Shown here: positions 26,993 to 40,320 of the stretch, piece by piece | How the letters are laid out: the number at the start of each line of letters is the position of its first letter | How positions within the stretch are numbered: position 1 is the stretch's first letter | Origin: Takakia lepidozioides | Lineage: Eukaryota; Plantae; Bryophyta | Assembly (NCBI GenBank): GCA_030704615.1 | Contig: CM060734.1 | Span: 1,116,001-1,180,000 of the forward strand | Direction of reading: 5' to 3' | DNA: 64,000 nucleotides | Translations under genes and position numbers: made by a program | The notes under the pieces: model-generated | What the model saw: the letters and a program-made list of their open reading frames with translations, nothing else | Databases searched by the model: none | What the model was told of the DNA's origin: nothing

Positions 26993-28300
26993 CTACTCGA
27001 TCCATATCTCAAAGTCCACCATGCTGTTGCTCCCATGAGGAACCACAATATCATTGACCGTGAATAAATCCTGACCCATAGCAGGGTCAGTAGCGGCTCT
27101 CACAACATACCGTCTACCCCAATACTCGAACTCCACATTCTCTCGGATGGGGGTAGGAGGGTCGAGATGATTCCCCCAGCAACGAGGCTGAACGGTCCTC
27201 AGTAACATAGTCCTATGCGCTTCCCATCGGGGGCGAGGATCCGGCTCAGGCCGCCCAAGCCGAAGGGGAGGAAACCTAGGGCGAAGCCGACCCCTCCTAG
27301 GGGTTCGGGGAGCACATGCGCGTCGAGGTGGAGGTGGTACTGGTGGAGGTGGTACTGCTGGCGGAGGAGATGAAAGTGGAGGTGGTTGAGGAGGTAATGC
27401 CAAAGGTACAGCCGAGGGTACAACGTCCGGATCAGGCAAAGAAACAGACGCGGGGGGGGGGGGCACAATCGGCCTACAAGCTGCTACTGCATGTACGGCA
27501 TAGAGAATCATCAGATGAGGACACTAGATCAGGGGGACTGCCTGAGGAAACTTTGGGGGGGGGGGGGGGGGGGGCCATAACGCTTGCGACACCTACGATA
27601 CCCCTCGACCCTACGCATCTCATCTACGTGGTGCTGGGGGAACCAACTGGTCACATCGGGCATAGGCTCCGGCACAAATTCTGCAAGCAGACCGGCGCGA
27701 AATGCCTCCCGTGCAATGTGATTGCGAGCTTGGGCATCAAGTCGTGGCTGCAATATGCGTAGTATACAACGCATCAATACTTATGTCGTAATTTGGTTTC
27801 ATGTATGAATACCAGTCATACTATATTATTACATATACCAAATGTACTATGAATGAGAGGGGTGGAAAAAGACTCACCTTTGCCGCATCCGCAATCAAGT
27901 TCTTCTTGTAATGCTCTTCGATAATATGCGGTCGTCGCCTCGGTGGTCTGGTGCCGCCCGGCGGTATCATTGCCCAACACTTAGTGCACCAACACTCAAC
28001 ACTTAGTGCACCAACACTCAATCCTCTCGGGGGGGGGGGGGGGGGTCAAAGGTGGACGTGCGTGGGCATTGTGCCTCTGGACTAGCAGGGCTCTCACCAC
28101 AGGGTGGTCCGCGAGGGGCAACCCGCGGCGTGCCCGACTGGATCCCGGAATGTCAACATCCTCCGCATCACCTGAAATTTGGGCCCGGTCCCTTCTACAA
28201 TTGTGTTCGCCATCCTCAGGTGCAACGGGTCACTCCTCGCCACAAAACACGGTTGGAATTGGGCCCCATTCCATCTGTGGTACCGCCTCCCCATCCTCAA
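26993..28300 (-). CDS. Uncharacterised CACTA-associated ORF(s), Pro-rich, upstream of TnpD
   Basis: Consecutive minus-strand ORFs 28094-28300, 27821-28021 (CWCTKC), 27529-27777 and 26993-27511, with splice-like junctions. No family recognised. Confidence 0.3.
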
Positions 28301-28699
28301 GGGAGACGGGCTGATGTTTCCTCACCATCGCATTCTAATTAACACACACAACCAGCACTTTCATTTCTCAAAATTCATTGGCAAAAAAAAGCCTATGTCC
28401 CTTTTCCACCCTATGACAGCAAGGGGTCGCTACGCCCCAACGCCGGGAGGCCGTAGTGCTCCAGAACCCAGTATCAAAAAAATACTATAAAGAAAAAAAG
28501 AAAATCCCAAAACGACCAGTCCCACATTGCCCAAGGGCCTGGGAAAAAAAACAAATGCATGCAATTCATTCATGCGGCTGAACCCTTTCCGTAGTCCTGC
28601 CTTGAGAAGGCAGGGCCAAAAAAAAAACAAAAAAAAACCTATGAACCCCAAAAGGCCCTAAACCCTAAACCCCAAAAAGTGACCCCCTGTTTGCCCAAC

Positions 28700-28967
28700 A
28701 TACAAGGGGGAGCCTGGGCATGCGACGCCCTGCCGTGCTTCATGCCACTACCCGGCGTCGCATCATGCGACGGGTTTTTTGACCTTGCCACGCCGAGGGG
28801 TCGCAAGCTGCGACGGCCGGGCGTGGCAATCTTCAAGGTAAATTCAAAGAAAAAAGGGCGGGGCGCCAACGTGCGATGGCCGGGCGTGGCAGATCGGCAC
28901 CGCGCCCTTTTTTTTTCTAAGTGCTTGAAGCACCTGCTCCCCCCCCCCCCCCCCGTTTTCATTACTG
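28700..28967. repeat. Internal CACTA subterminal repeat array ending in a degenerate TIR
   Basis: Same GCGACG/CGTCGC motifs as the element ends, then poly-C and (rc) CAGTAATGAAAACGGGG ending at 28967, resembling the terminal TIRs. Confidence 0.65.
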
Positions 28968-29196
28968 CTTTGGGAGAGAGAGGGCTGAGAGTGTAGGGGA
29001 GAGTGTGGAGGAGAAACTAACCTTGTCTTGAGCACGAGGTGGTTGCCACGCGGAGGGGCCCTAGCGCCGCTCCAACCCCGCTGGTAAGCTCCCTCCTTCT
29101 CTCACTTCCACTCTTCCTCTCCAAACCCTAAGATGGAGCTAACACCTCTGTCCCCTGGGTGGTAGGAAAGCCGCGCAGAGGCGGGACAACATCAGC

Positions 29197-29199
<3 letters not shown>

Positions 29200-29252
<53 letters not shown>
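29200..29252. repeat. (GA)n microsatellite
   Basis: Uninterrupted run of about 26 GA units. Confidence 0.95.
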
Positions 29253-29253
<1 letters not shown>

Positions 29254-29769
29254 GCGGCGGAGCGGGGGAGAGAGGCCTTGCAGTGGCGGGGGGACGCGCC
29301 GTAGGCAGTAGCGCCGGCGCCACAAAGGTAGGCGCTCTCCCTCTCCCTCTCTCTTTTGTTCCTTTTTGTGGGGAGTAACAAAAGAGAGGGAGAGAGAGGG
29401 ACAGGGACAGAGGGAGAGAGAAGAGAGAAATGAAATGAAATGAAATGGTGCGTTATAACGTCCGCGGGAAGCTCATAAAGCTTATGGGACAAAATGGAAA
29501 GAAAAACATGAGAGAGAGAGGGAGAGGGAGAGAGAGGGAGAGAGAGCCAGAGGAGGAAAAAAAACAAAGAAAAAAGGTTGGGGGGGGACTGACTGAGCAG
29601 CTGCTACTGCTCAGTCACTCCCCCCCCCCCCCACCTTCTTTTTTGTTTTTTCATGCACCCTCTCTCCCTCTCCCTCTCCCTCTCTCCTTCTCTCTCCCTC
29701 TGGAAACTGGGTTCATGGAATTGTTGTCCCAACTTCCATCATTGAAAAATTAAAATTTGGGTTACAGGG

Positions 29770-30215
29770 AATCTGGATGATTTTTCATCCAGAATACATG
29801 CTTCTCTCCTGGTGAGACTTTTTTTCATTAATACCTATGATGTTTTTTCATCCTAACCTACCCGGATATCATCCAAAATATACTGTGATTATAAAGTACC
29901 CGTCATTTTTCATCCAACCTGGATGAAAAAGGACTTTATCTGACAGGACCTAAATACCTATGGATGATTATGAAGTACCTATTTTTTTCATCCACACTGG
30001 ATGGGAAACGGTGCACGTCCGTTGGGTTCAAGACAGGTATAAATGAATAAAAAAGCCCCCAATTTTTCATCTAACTTGGATGAAAAATGGACCACATCCG
30101 TCGGATTCAAGGCAAAGGATGAACGCCCGATGTTTCTCATCTTCCTTGAATGGGAAACAGACAACGTCCGTCGGTATATAGTTCGGTGGATGTTTTTCAT
30201 CTTAGAAAGGGATGA
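29770..30215. repeat. GGATGAAAAA / TTTTTCATCC motif array (likely TIR-element subterminal relic)
   Basis: About ten copies in both orientations. The same motif recurs near 18120-18170 and 20281-20320. Confidence 0.5.
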
Positions 30216-33200
30216 ATGACGAGCTGGACAGGGTAAAGCCCTGCGCAACCCTAGTTTCTTTCTTTTGCGCTGCGAGAATGCGCGCGATGGCGGCTTGGAG
30301 GTGGCGATGGTGCTCGTGCTGCAGATCCCGTGAGTTGCCGATCCCTGGAGTGTTTAAGGCTCTTGTGAGCGCCGCCTTTGCGGGCTCTTTAAGGCGATGG
30401 TGGTGGCTTAGAGATGAGGGAAGAGTCACTGCCTCGTTTGTCTGTTTTTTTGTTGCACAATGGAACATAGGCAGTGATGGCGGAGGTACCGCCTGCCTGG
30501 TTGTGGAGTTTCCCTAGGAGCCCTCCCTCTGGATCTTTGATGAATGGCAGCGTCCGGGTAGGACAAGGAAGTCTCTCTCCCCCCCTTTATAAACCCTACC
30601 TTATGAGACAAAGCTCGTTTTGCTCTTGTGCTTGGCAAGGCTTTGCTTTGGTTAAGGTAACAATGTTGTGGTGTTGGCGGAGACCTCCCTGCACGGCTGG
30701 GTTTGTGGAGAGATGGTGACCATCCCCCAAACAGTAAAAAAGGTTCTTTTTTTCTGTTTGTTTTTCTTCCCTGCTTTCTTTGGCATTCTCTGTACTTAGA
30801 TTCAAGTGTATTGGACCTCGATAGCAAGTGTGGAAGCCTGTCATTCACCTTGTGCATCCTCACTAACTCACAATGTTTTATGGTTGTTTTTGGGACGGGC
30901 ACAGGTGATGACTTCCACTTAATATGCTGATGTCTAGGTGTTGCTGGATGCCAAGTGGGTTGCAGAGCTGTGGAAGGGGTTGCTGGCCATGGATTCATCT
31001 TAAAATGCTGAAATACTAAACTACTCTATGGTTTTTCTTGATCCTACCTCTTTCTTTTATCTATGAAGAACAAGTTTAGTGTTGTTTCGGGTGGGCTATC
31101 ACTTGGTTGATTTTTTTGTCTCCCCGGATGTTATTGTTGTTTTTCACCTCGGGGGTCGTGTTTTTGACTAATGTGGCCTTTTCTGGACAGTGGGCAATTT
31201 TGCTAAACCTCTATTTCTGTATCCTGATCTGAGATGCTGCCTCAGCTCCATGAATCCCACGTGCAGTAAAAGGGGAGGGAGTCATCTAGGTCAAGTTCAC
31301 CATCTCCTAGCCCAATGACTACTCAACCATGGTTTCTGTATTCTGGGATCATTCTAGTTTATAGAAGGTGCCAGAGTTCCAATCTCTTTGGTGCCCCGAA
31401 CTGGTAGGGAGGCACCTCAAAGAACTTTGCTTTCTCTCGTAGCTCAACCAGTTCTTTTGCTTCACGTGAGTCAGACATAGTGGAAATTGGCCCGATTCTA
31501 CTATTTGACCTGGAGAGCGACATTGTATGCAGTTTTGTTGCATTTCCCTTGGTTGCGAGTCTCCTGTTCTCACCCTTGTCTCGTTCTCTCAGCTTTCTTT
31601 CTGCAACAGAGAGTGCCTTTTCAGAAGCTGAGAGTTTCTCCACTTTCCCTTGAAGCTCATCCTCAAGGACCTGCACTTTCTTTCTACACTTCTCTTTCTC
31701 ATCTTCCAGCTCGGCTTCCAGCAAACATGAGGCACCCACTGCATCCACTTCTACCTGCAATTTGGAAAGACGCTCTTCTAGATTCCCTTTAGGCCTTTGC
31801 TTTATTGTGACAGCCGAGTTTACGATGGCTTGTGTGGGACACACATCAGTTTTTCGGGCCCTAGTTTGCTTTGCTTGCCTTATGGTAGTTGGAAACAAAA
31901 GGAGGGGCTGCAAGGAACTATTTGCTGCAGCTACTCGGGTACCCATGATGGTAAAATACGCCTGTTATGTTCCAACCCGGATGGCTTTGTTAGCTAGATG
32001 CTTAGGCCAGGGTATGATGAAGATTTTGCTTGTGGCCAATCGGCTGACAATGAAAAATGGCAGTGGTGACTGGTTTTTGAGGCAGTCAGGGTGGTTAAGT
32101 GGAAATACCCCCTGGACATGGTGTAATGACATGGTCAAATGTGGTATGATGTGAATAGGGTGTGCTGGCAGTGTCATATACTGTCATAGGGTGTGTATGC
32201 AGTGCTTTAAACTATCGTGATCTGAAATTATCGCAATTTGAAAATAAAGTCTTTAATGGTCAATAATAGACGGTTGAGATCGTAAATTGAAGCGAATCTA
32301 ATGGTTCGCCACATCCCCCTTTATGTACTTTTAGGGACTCATGATGTGTCTCATTTTGGTCCACCGTAGGTTGCACTATCGACATCGGGTCCAACCCAAA
32401 CCACCTTTTGGAGTTTCACAAGTTGGCAAATCCTTGAATCATTTCACCTTCCATTTGTTGAATGTGCATTAATGAGGTGGATTCGATGCAACGTATGTGT
32501 GTAATTCGCTTATTGTGTGGGGGGGGTATCGTGGGATACGCTTATTGCGGGAGAGAGAGATGCTCCATTGCTCTGATTTAACGGGTACATAGCATAGGTT
32601 TGACCAAGCATGAATCAAGGGTGAGGCCAGTGCGACACATGAATAAGAGGGAAAATGGAAAGATGAAAATATATGTATAGATGGAAATATATTTACAAGT
32701 AATGAGCTGAAATGCTTTGCTCACAAGGGTTCAGTAGGCTGACCCTGGGACCTACATGGACTACAACTAGTCATCCTCATCCTCAGAGGAGGACTCAGAG
32801 CTATCCGATGAGCCTGATGACTCCGCGCCCTTTGCCTGAGCATGTATAGCAAGCGGCGTTCCCTTAACTCTCACAGAGCTCTCATCCAATCCCTGGCCAT
32901 GACCCCCCACCCATTTTAGTGCCCTGTAGCGCACTCATCCCCTCCGTGTTGGCCATGTTCTTCATGAGGGCTTGCCAACCATGCTGCTTGGCATAGTCGT
33001 ACTCTATCGGAGATGGCTTCCTCTCAAACGCGGTTTCCTACACATGCCACAAATTAAAGTCAGTTCCTCACGATGATGGAGTGAGAAAGAAGACATAACA
33101 AAATACATATGGAAGTATGACTTACAGATCGCAAAATAAAACCCCTAGATCCGGCGGGGCCCCACTTGTGTGTGGATTCATGCTTCTGAAGGCGGACTCT

Positions 33201-33550
33201 TGTTGCTTCGTGTGCCTTCTCAAATTTGGCCTTGGGCTATAAGGTCTTCCAACACCCCAAAAACAAACTAAGAAAAAACCAAAAATCACCCCCAATTCAC
33301 CCCCCAAAATCAACCCCCCACCACGCGGAATGCCACGGCAGGGCGTCGCTTGCGACAGCGCCCTTGCGACGGGTATTTCTGGCTTGCCACAGGAGGGGGT
33401 CGCAAGATGCGACGGCTCGACGTCGCTACAACCCATTGCGTAGCAACGCTGGAACCCCCCCTGCGACTGGTTTTTCTTCCTTGGCGACCTTCGGGGGTCG
33501 CTAGTAGTGACGCCGTAGCGTCGCTGTTTGCACTCCCGCCCAGCCCCGCG

Positions 33551-33586
<36 letters not shown>

Positions 33587-34780
33587 ATATATATATATAT
33601 ATATATGTATTTAAAAATAATAATTTATTTATTTAAAATTAGAAAAATGCGACTCCCGGGAGTCGCTGAAACCCACGGCCGGACGTCGCAAAGCCCGACT
33701 CCCCTGCGGCGGGGTTTTTACGTATGCGACGTCCGGGGGTCGCATTTTTTTTAGTATGCGACACCCGGGCATAGGAAAAAAAACAACGTTGCGACGCCGG
33801 GACGTCGCCCCATCCAACGTCGTCGGCTGGAGAGAAGCGATGGTCGGCCGTCGCTAGCAGGAGGCCCCTGCCAGCGCCCTGGATCGCCAAATAGCGACGT
33901 CCGGGCGTCGCTGGAGGAGGATAGGGGCTTGCGACCCCCATCCGTCGCATGTTTGCGACGATATTCCAGCGACGCCCTGGCGACTGGAGTGCGACTCCAG
34001 GGCGTCGCAAAAATGGCCCCCCGCCTCAGCTTGAAAATGGTCGTCTAGCGATGCCGCGGCGTGGAAAACCCCCCCCACCCCCCCCCCCCCCCTTTTCCTG
34101 TAGTGGGTATTTAGGTGTTGCAATCAAAGTGATGATTCTTCTTTTGCTACGACTTAGAACCGAACATGTAAGTTGAGATGGAGATAGCTTGGCGATGGCC
34201 TTGGGGAGAAAAACTTGGGGAATTGGGGTTGTGAATGAAGCTGTGGCAGAGCGAGTTCTAACTAGATGGTTTCATGTGTCGAGAGAGTTGGTGTGTGCAT
34301 TCTTGATTTGTGACAAGTAGGATTGCTTGCTGGTAATGGTGTACATGTTGCATCCTTGTGACAATTAGATCTGCTGCTGCATTCTGGCTGCAGTCTGATT
34401 TACTTCAGTAGTGTTAAGTTAATTTGTTGTAGTCATGACCACAATGGAGGGGATGCTCTGGCTAGTTAAGGAGAAGGGATGCTGAGTAGTTAGGGTTTTA
34501 GGCTCAGTGCAGTTCACTAAGAATTGTGTTGGAATGCTGCAAAGTAGTTGTGTTTGTTTTAGTTTGCTGCAAAGTGGGGTGGTCATAATAGGAGGGCCAA
34601 TGGTTCCTATGATGATGTGCTGCTCACTGAAGACCAACAGGATGGGCTCAATTGCATTGCACAACATATAGGTTGTAGTAAACATGTGGAAGGTATCTTG
34701 TTTGGAAGCACAACTTGCTGCTGTGAGAAGAGAACAACAAAGGCTGGGTGAGAGACCTGAAAATGCATATCATTAGAACT

Positions 34781-35449
34781 CTATTCACCAACCTCAGTGG
34801 CGTCCATTTCTACTATGCCCATAACCTTGCGTTCTTCTGTCGTAAGTGGGCATGAAGCCTGTATCAATTGTGCAATGACAGGAGCAGCAACTATAATTGG
34901 TGCCTTCGCCTTCGTTGTCTGAAGCCGCACCATCTCGTCAATTAGTCCCTTCTTCATCATTTCAGCCCAATCTACTTCCTCACCCCTCAGTGCTTGGGCA
35001 ATCTCCTCCGCAAAGGACTTGCTGAGATACGTTTGATTTTGTTTTATATTAAACAAAACATTAAGCATCTGTCCTATCTCCCTGAGTCCTGGATACTCTA
35101 CCTTCAAGCAGTTGTATCCTTGAGTCTTGTGGAAGTTGCCCTCAGGAAAAAGATTCGTGACCTACAACTCTGTTCTATCCTCCTCTACTACCTATGCTCC
35201 TTTGGGCAAGTCAAATACTTCTCGCAAGTATTCTGGTGTAAGTTGCATGTCAACCCCCTTGACTTGTGTAATCTCCGTTCTTGGATCATAGTTTCCGATA
35301 AACTCTATCATGAGCTCCTTGTGATGCAAAGACCAATCTTTGGGTGTTAAGCCCTGGAATCTTAATTCCTCCAAGAGACGTATTGCCTGTGGAGTGACAA
35401 TACTCTTCTTTTGCAGCACTAGACTACTCTTCATCCTCATGTTGTCCAT
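34781..35449 (-). pseudogene. Antisense accessory ORF of an LTR retrotransposon (plant-transposon-protein / mobile-domain-like)
   Basis: One frame with two TAG stops: LMIEFIGNYDPRTEITQVKGVDMQLTPEYLREVFDLPKG...EEVDWAEMMKKGLIDEM. It lies upstream of a PPT/LTR edge at ~35780-35801 in antisense orientation. A minus-strand TATA-like CATATAA occurs near 35735. Confidence 0.6.
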
Positions 35450-35766
35450 GTCTCTCACTCTCTTCATACTTGGCAAACAAGGAGGCATTGTTTGAAACAA
35501 CTGCAAGAAACTCTGAAGTGCGTAAAGCATGAAAGTGTGGTTCGCACACAGAGGAACTGGCAGTTGCGTAAGGAGTAAGGCCATATCCCTGGATGAAAGA
35601 TTTGACAAAAATCTTTGATCAGAGTTGGCACGGTACACCAAGAGCAGGAACTCCAGTTTCCAGCCAACGAAGGAGAGGAGGATGAGGAAGAGCCTGCAGA
35701 GAGTTCAAACTCTCCAACACCAATTCAATTGAGTTATATGAGCGAAGAAGAAAGCCTAAAGTGAGC

Positions 35767-35919
35767 GAGGGTCTTGTGGAGGAGCAAAGGGGGACCGTTA
35801 TGTCCCGATGAGCAGCCGAAGCTCCGAGTTGGCCCGGCGGCCAGTTTGGGAGTTAGGCGCGCGCATCAAAGCGAGTAACTATGACATGAAGGGGAGCTTA
35901 CCGAAGTGAGGTGCGCGAC
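35767..35919 (+). mobile_element. PPT and 5' edge of an LTR (TG at 35801); same family as 48810-48961 (minus)
   Basis: GGAGGAGCAAAGGGGGACCGTTA|TGTCCCG. About 150 bp is near-identical to the reverse complement of 48810-48961. Confidence 0.7.
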
Positions 35920-36423
35920 AGGGAGGGGATAGAACACCACAAAGACCACGGAATGTGGGAGGTGGAGATGAAGACGGGGAGAGGGCACGAGGTGCTTCTG
36001 CCGGTGATTGACAAAGTTGAGGACGATGAGAGGGACCTTTCTGACCAGGATGACATCCTCCCGGAGATCCCCAAGCCCCAAACCCGGAGCATACAAGTTG
36101 GATTTGGTGGTCCCGGTGGGCTGCCGGAGAACCCCCCTGCAGCAGACGTCATGTCGGAGGCGGATATGAAGTTGGCCGCTGCCAAGTGGAGGCAACCCAC
36201 AGCAACATTGGCAGGGTCTTGGGGGGCATGGTGTACCCGGCAAAGCTTCAGATTCCTCTCTGCCGCTTGGTATCATTGCAGGTGATGAGACCTGCCCTCC
36301 CAGGCGATATCAACAAGCTGAAATTCTCTTTCCGGGAGGGATATTGAATGGGTCTACCGCGTTTTATGTTTCCATTGAGAACGACCATGCTTCTCGTGCC
36401 CACACTTCCGATGAGGTGGACAA

Positions 36424-37110
36424 ATGGGGTCCCCATTGGCAAAGGCGAACCAAGGCAATCCCAGAGGCAACTATCAGGGTAATCCAAGGGGGAATTACCA
36501 GTCAGAGAATCAAGACTATAGAAATAATCCCAGAATAGACCAGGAGCGAGGACCCAATGGTGAAGAAGTGTGTTACTATTGTAACCAACCAAGACATCGC
36601 AAAGCAGCTTGTCCCTTCTGGACAAGACATCAGGATGAGATGAGAATTCCTGCAAATGAAGGCCCAGTAGTGACAGCACACGTGGTAATGCCATGTTATG
36701 TACCAGAAGTGAGTACCATGATAGTTACCAGAAGTAAGGCTAAGTTATTGCCTCCTGTAGATGAAGATAAAGAGGATAATGAGGATGACAGTGATGTGCC
36801 TGAGGATGATGAGGCCTGGAGGGAAGAGAAGGAACTGCACAAGGAAGTGGCAGAAACTATAAGGGAAATGCAGAAAGAGACAGATATCCCTACAGCAGAG
36901 TCATGATCAGACTCTGAAGAAGAAGATGAAGAAGATGAAGAAGATGAAGATGAGGAAACATTGAAGCATGAGGCTTCACAGGTGCTGAATACTGAAGGAC
37001 CATTGGCTGAAGTAATATGCCAATCCAAAGCAGAGATTACAATTGGGCAACTATTGGCCGTAGCGTCCCACTGTAGACACAGGATATTTGATGGAATTCT
37101 TTGCTCACTG
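36424..37110 (+). mobile_element. Ty3/Gypsy gag C-terminal fragment (zinc knuckle) and gag-pol linker
   Basis: NYQGNPRG repeats, CYYCNQPRHRKAAC (CX2CX4HX4C), VTRSKAK, acidic linker, AEITIGQLLAVASHCR. Confidence 0.75.
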
Positions 37111-37649
37111 CCTGTAACTCAACATTGCAGAATGTGGGACACATATTTATAGTTTTGTCACAACATGTAGTTTCCATTGAGACCTCCTTCAGTGTGTACA
37201 CACGGTTCCTCAAGTTCGAGCCCACTGACTTCACGGATTTCATTGAATATCTCCAATCTTCGGAGCTATGGAAAAGACTGCACATAGGCTATGAATCGTG
37301 ATGAATGATGAGACCTCTCACAAAATGGAAAGACATGACATCAGCTGGTGAAGCTGTGCAAGTTGCTCCCAAAGCATGCAAACGAGTTTATCAATCGTGC
37401 CGATGCTGTTGCGGCTTCCAGTTGATCATCTACCCATGCAGGTTTCTTGTAGCTATCCTTCCAGAGGGAATCATAGGTGATCTGAAGCTTGAAATCCGGC
37501 CCTCTTGGATGAATCTGGACCCACACTCCATCCCTGCTCCTTTAGCTATCCATGCCTCTGCCCAAATCATGCATACATCCTTGCCTTGTTGCTAGCAACT
37601 GACAATGACAGCTAGAATTCATGCAGCAAATACGACACCACATCTCGTT

Positions 37650-40320
37650 TAGCCATACCACCCAAACCCATAATTAGGACGTTCAGCCATATTGTCGAAC
37701 ACTCCCTTTGCATCCTCCATGCACCCACATTTGGCATACATGTCCACCAGGGCAGTGTTCAGGATCACATCTGGTACAATTCCAGCTTTGACGATGTCGC
37801 CATGCACCTCTTTGCCCTTTCCAGGGCTGCCAGGCTTGCACATGCACTGCAAACGCACACAAACGTGATGTGGTCGGGCTTCACCCCGTCGCACATCATT
37901 TGCTCATAGGTCTCCAAAGCCTCTATCCATGTCCCTGCTGTGTATACCTTGCAAGCATCGCACTCCACGACACCACATCTCGTTAGTGTTGAACACTCCC
38001 TTTGCATCCTCGATGCACCCACATTTTGCAAACATGTCCATTAGGGTTTTGTTTAGAATGACATCTGGTACAATTCCAGCTCTGAAGATGTCGCCATGCA
38101 CCTCTTTTCCCTTTTCCAGAGCTGCCAGGGCAGTGTTCAGATTGACATTTGGTACAATTCCAGCTTTGATGATATCCCCATGCATCTCTTTGCCCTTCTC
38201 CAGGGCTGCCAGGCTTGCACAAGCATTGCAAATGCACACAAATATGATGTGCTTCCCCCATCATTTGCTCATAGGTCTCCAAAGCCTCCATCCCACATCC
38301 CTGCTTTGCATACCCTGCAAGCATTGCACTCCATGACACCACATCCTGTTCAGCCATAGTGTCAAACACTCCCTTTGCATCCTAGATGCACCCACATTTT
38401 GCAAACATGTCCACCAGGGTATTGTTCAGAATGACAACTGGTACAATTCCAGCTCTGAAGATGTCGCCATGGACCTCTTTGCCCTCAGGGCAGTGTTCAT
38501 AATGACATTTGGTACAAGTCCAGCTTTGACGATATCCCCATGCACCTCTTTGCCCTTCAGGGCTGCCAGGCTTGCACGACGCCACATCTTGTTTAGCCAT
38601 AGTGTTGAACACTCCCTTTGCATCCTAGATGCACCCACATTTTGCAAACATGTCCACTAGGGTATTGTTCAGAATGAAACTTGGTACAATTCCAGCTCTG
38701 GAGATGTCGCCATGGACCTCTTTCCCCTTTTTCAGAGCTACCAGGGCAGTGTTCAGAATGACGTTTGGTACAATTCTAGCTTTGATGATATCCCCATGCA
38801 CCTCTTTGCCCTTCTCCAGGGCTGCCAGGCTTGCACAAGCATTGCAAATGCACACAAACATGATGTGCTTCCCCCCATCATTTGCTCATAGGTCTCCAAA
38901 GCCTCCATCCCACGTCCCTACTGTGCATACCCTGCAAGCATCGCACTCCACGACACCACATCTCATAGGTCTCCAAAGCCTCCATCCCACGTCCTTGCTT
39001 TGCATACCCTGCAAGCATCGCACTCCACGACACCACATCTCGTTCAGCCATAGTGTCAAACACTCCCTTTGCATCCTCAATGCACCCACATTTTGCATAC
39101 ATGCCCACTAGGGCAGTGTTCGGAATGACATTTGCTACAATTCCAGCTCTGACGATGTCGCCATGGACCTCTTTGCCCTCTTCCAGAGTTGCCAAGGCAG
39201 TGTTCAGAATGACGTTTGGTACAATTCCAGCTTTGATGATGTCTCCATGCACCTCTTTGCCCTTTTCGAGCGCTGTCAGGCTTGCACAAGCATTGCAAAT
39301 GCACACAAACATGATGTGGTCGGGCTTCACCCCTTCCCCCATCATGTGATCATAGGTCTCCAAGCCTCCATAGCTGTTGTGCATACCCTGCAAGCATCAC
39401 GTTCCACGACACCACGTCTCGTTCAGCCATAGTGTTGAAAACTCCCTTTGCATCCTCAATGCACCCATATTTGACATACATGTCCACCAGGGCTGTGTTC
39501 ATAATGACATCTGGTACACTTCTAGCTTTGAAGATGTCACCATGGACCTCTTTCCCCTTTTCCAGGGCTCCCAGGCTTGCACACGCATTGCAAACACAAC
39601 CACAATCGTGATGTGGTTCGGCTTCACCCCTTCGTGCATCATTCGCTCATCCAAAGCATCGTACCACATACATATATGAATCTGCTGAAATGCTCCTTGG
39701 TTTAAAGTCTGTAGCGCCTTTTTCAGTCTGCCTACCTCACAAAGCATCTTTACATGCCCAGAAGAGCCAGAAGAGGCATTGTGGACTCCCTCTCTTGATC
39801 CTCTTTCAGAAGCCAACGAGCTAACTTACAGAATTCAGTATGCATCACAGGGCCGAGCCTTGATCCCGTGCCCAAGCTGTGCATATCATGCGATCATGGG
39901 GTTACAAGACACCACATCTCCTTCAGTCAGATTGTCGAACACTCCCTTTGCATCCTCGATGCACCCACAATTGGCATACATGTCCACGAGGGTATTGTTC
40001 AGAACAATATGTGGTTCAATTCCCGCTTTGATGATGTCACCATGGACCTCTCTGCCCTTTTCCAGGGCTGCTAGGCTTGCACATGCATTGAAGACACAAA
40101 TAAAGGTGATGTGGTTGGGCTTCACCCCTTCCACACCATTTGCTCATAGGTCTCCAAAGCCTCCATCCCGCTGCAATCATTCCGTTCCAAGACACCACAT
40201 TTCGTTCAGCCATTAGATCGAACACTCCCATTGCATCCTCAATGCACCCACATTTAGGATACATGTCCACCAGGGTATTATTTAGAATGACATCTGGTAA
40301 AATTCCAGCTTTGTCAGACT
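37650..40320 (-). pseudogene. Decayed tandem PLS-class pentatricopeptide-repeat (PPR) gene array
   Basis: Repeated near-identical motifs [64 protein letters not shown] and ERDVVSWSAMLAGYAKQG. N-terminal-like VKMLCEVGRLKKAL near 39720-39760. Numerous frameshifts and deletions. No E/DYW domain seen. Confidence 0.9.

Larger units (their letters stand above)
20701..34105 (-). mobile_element. CACTA (En/Spm) element, 13.4 kb, both ends present, compound structure, decayed transposase
   Basis: Left TIR CACTACTGCAAATAGGGG at 20701. Right TIR (rc) CACTACAGGAAAAGGGG ending at 34105. 3-bp TSD GGT at 20698-20700 and 34106-34108. GCGACG/CGTCGC subterminal arrays at 20720-21100 and 33330-34060. Confidence 0.92.

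Noticed and set aside
37650-40320. Regularly spaced repeats considered as a CRISPR-like array
   Set aside because: The repeats are PPR-coding motifs, with no unique spacers and no cas genes, in a eukaryotic context.
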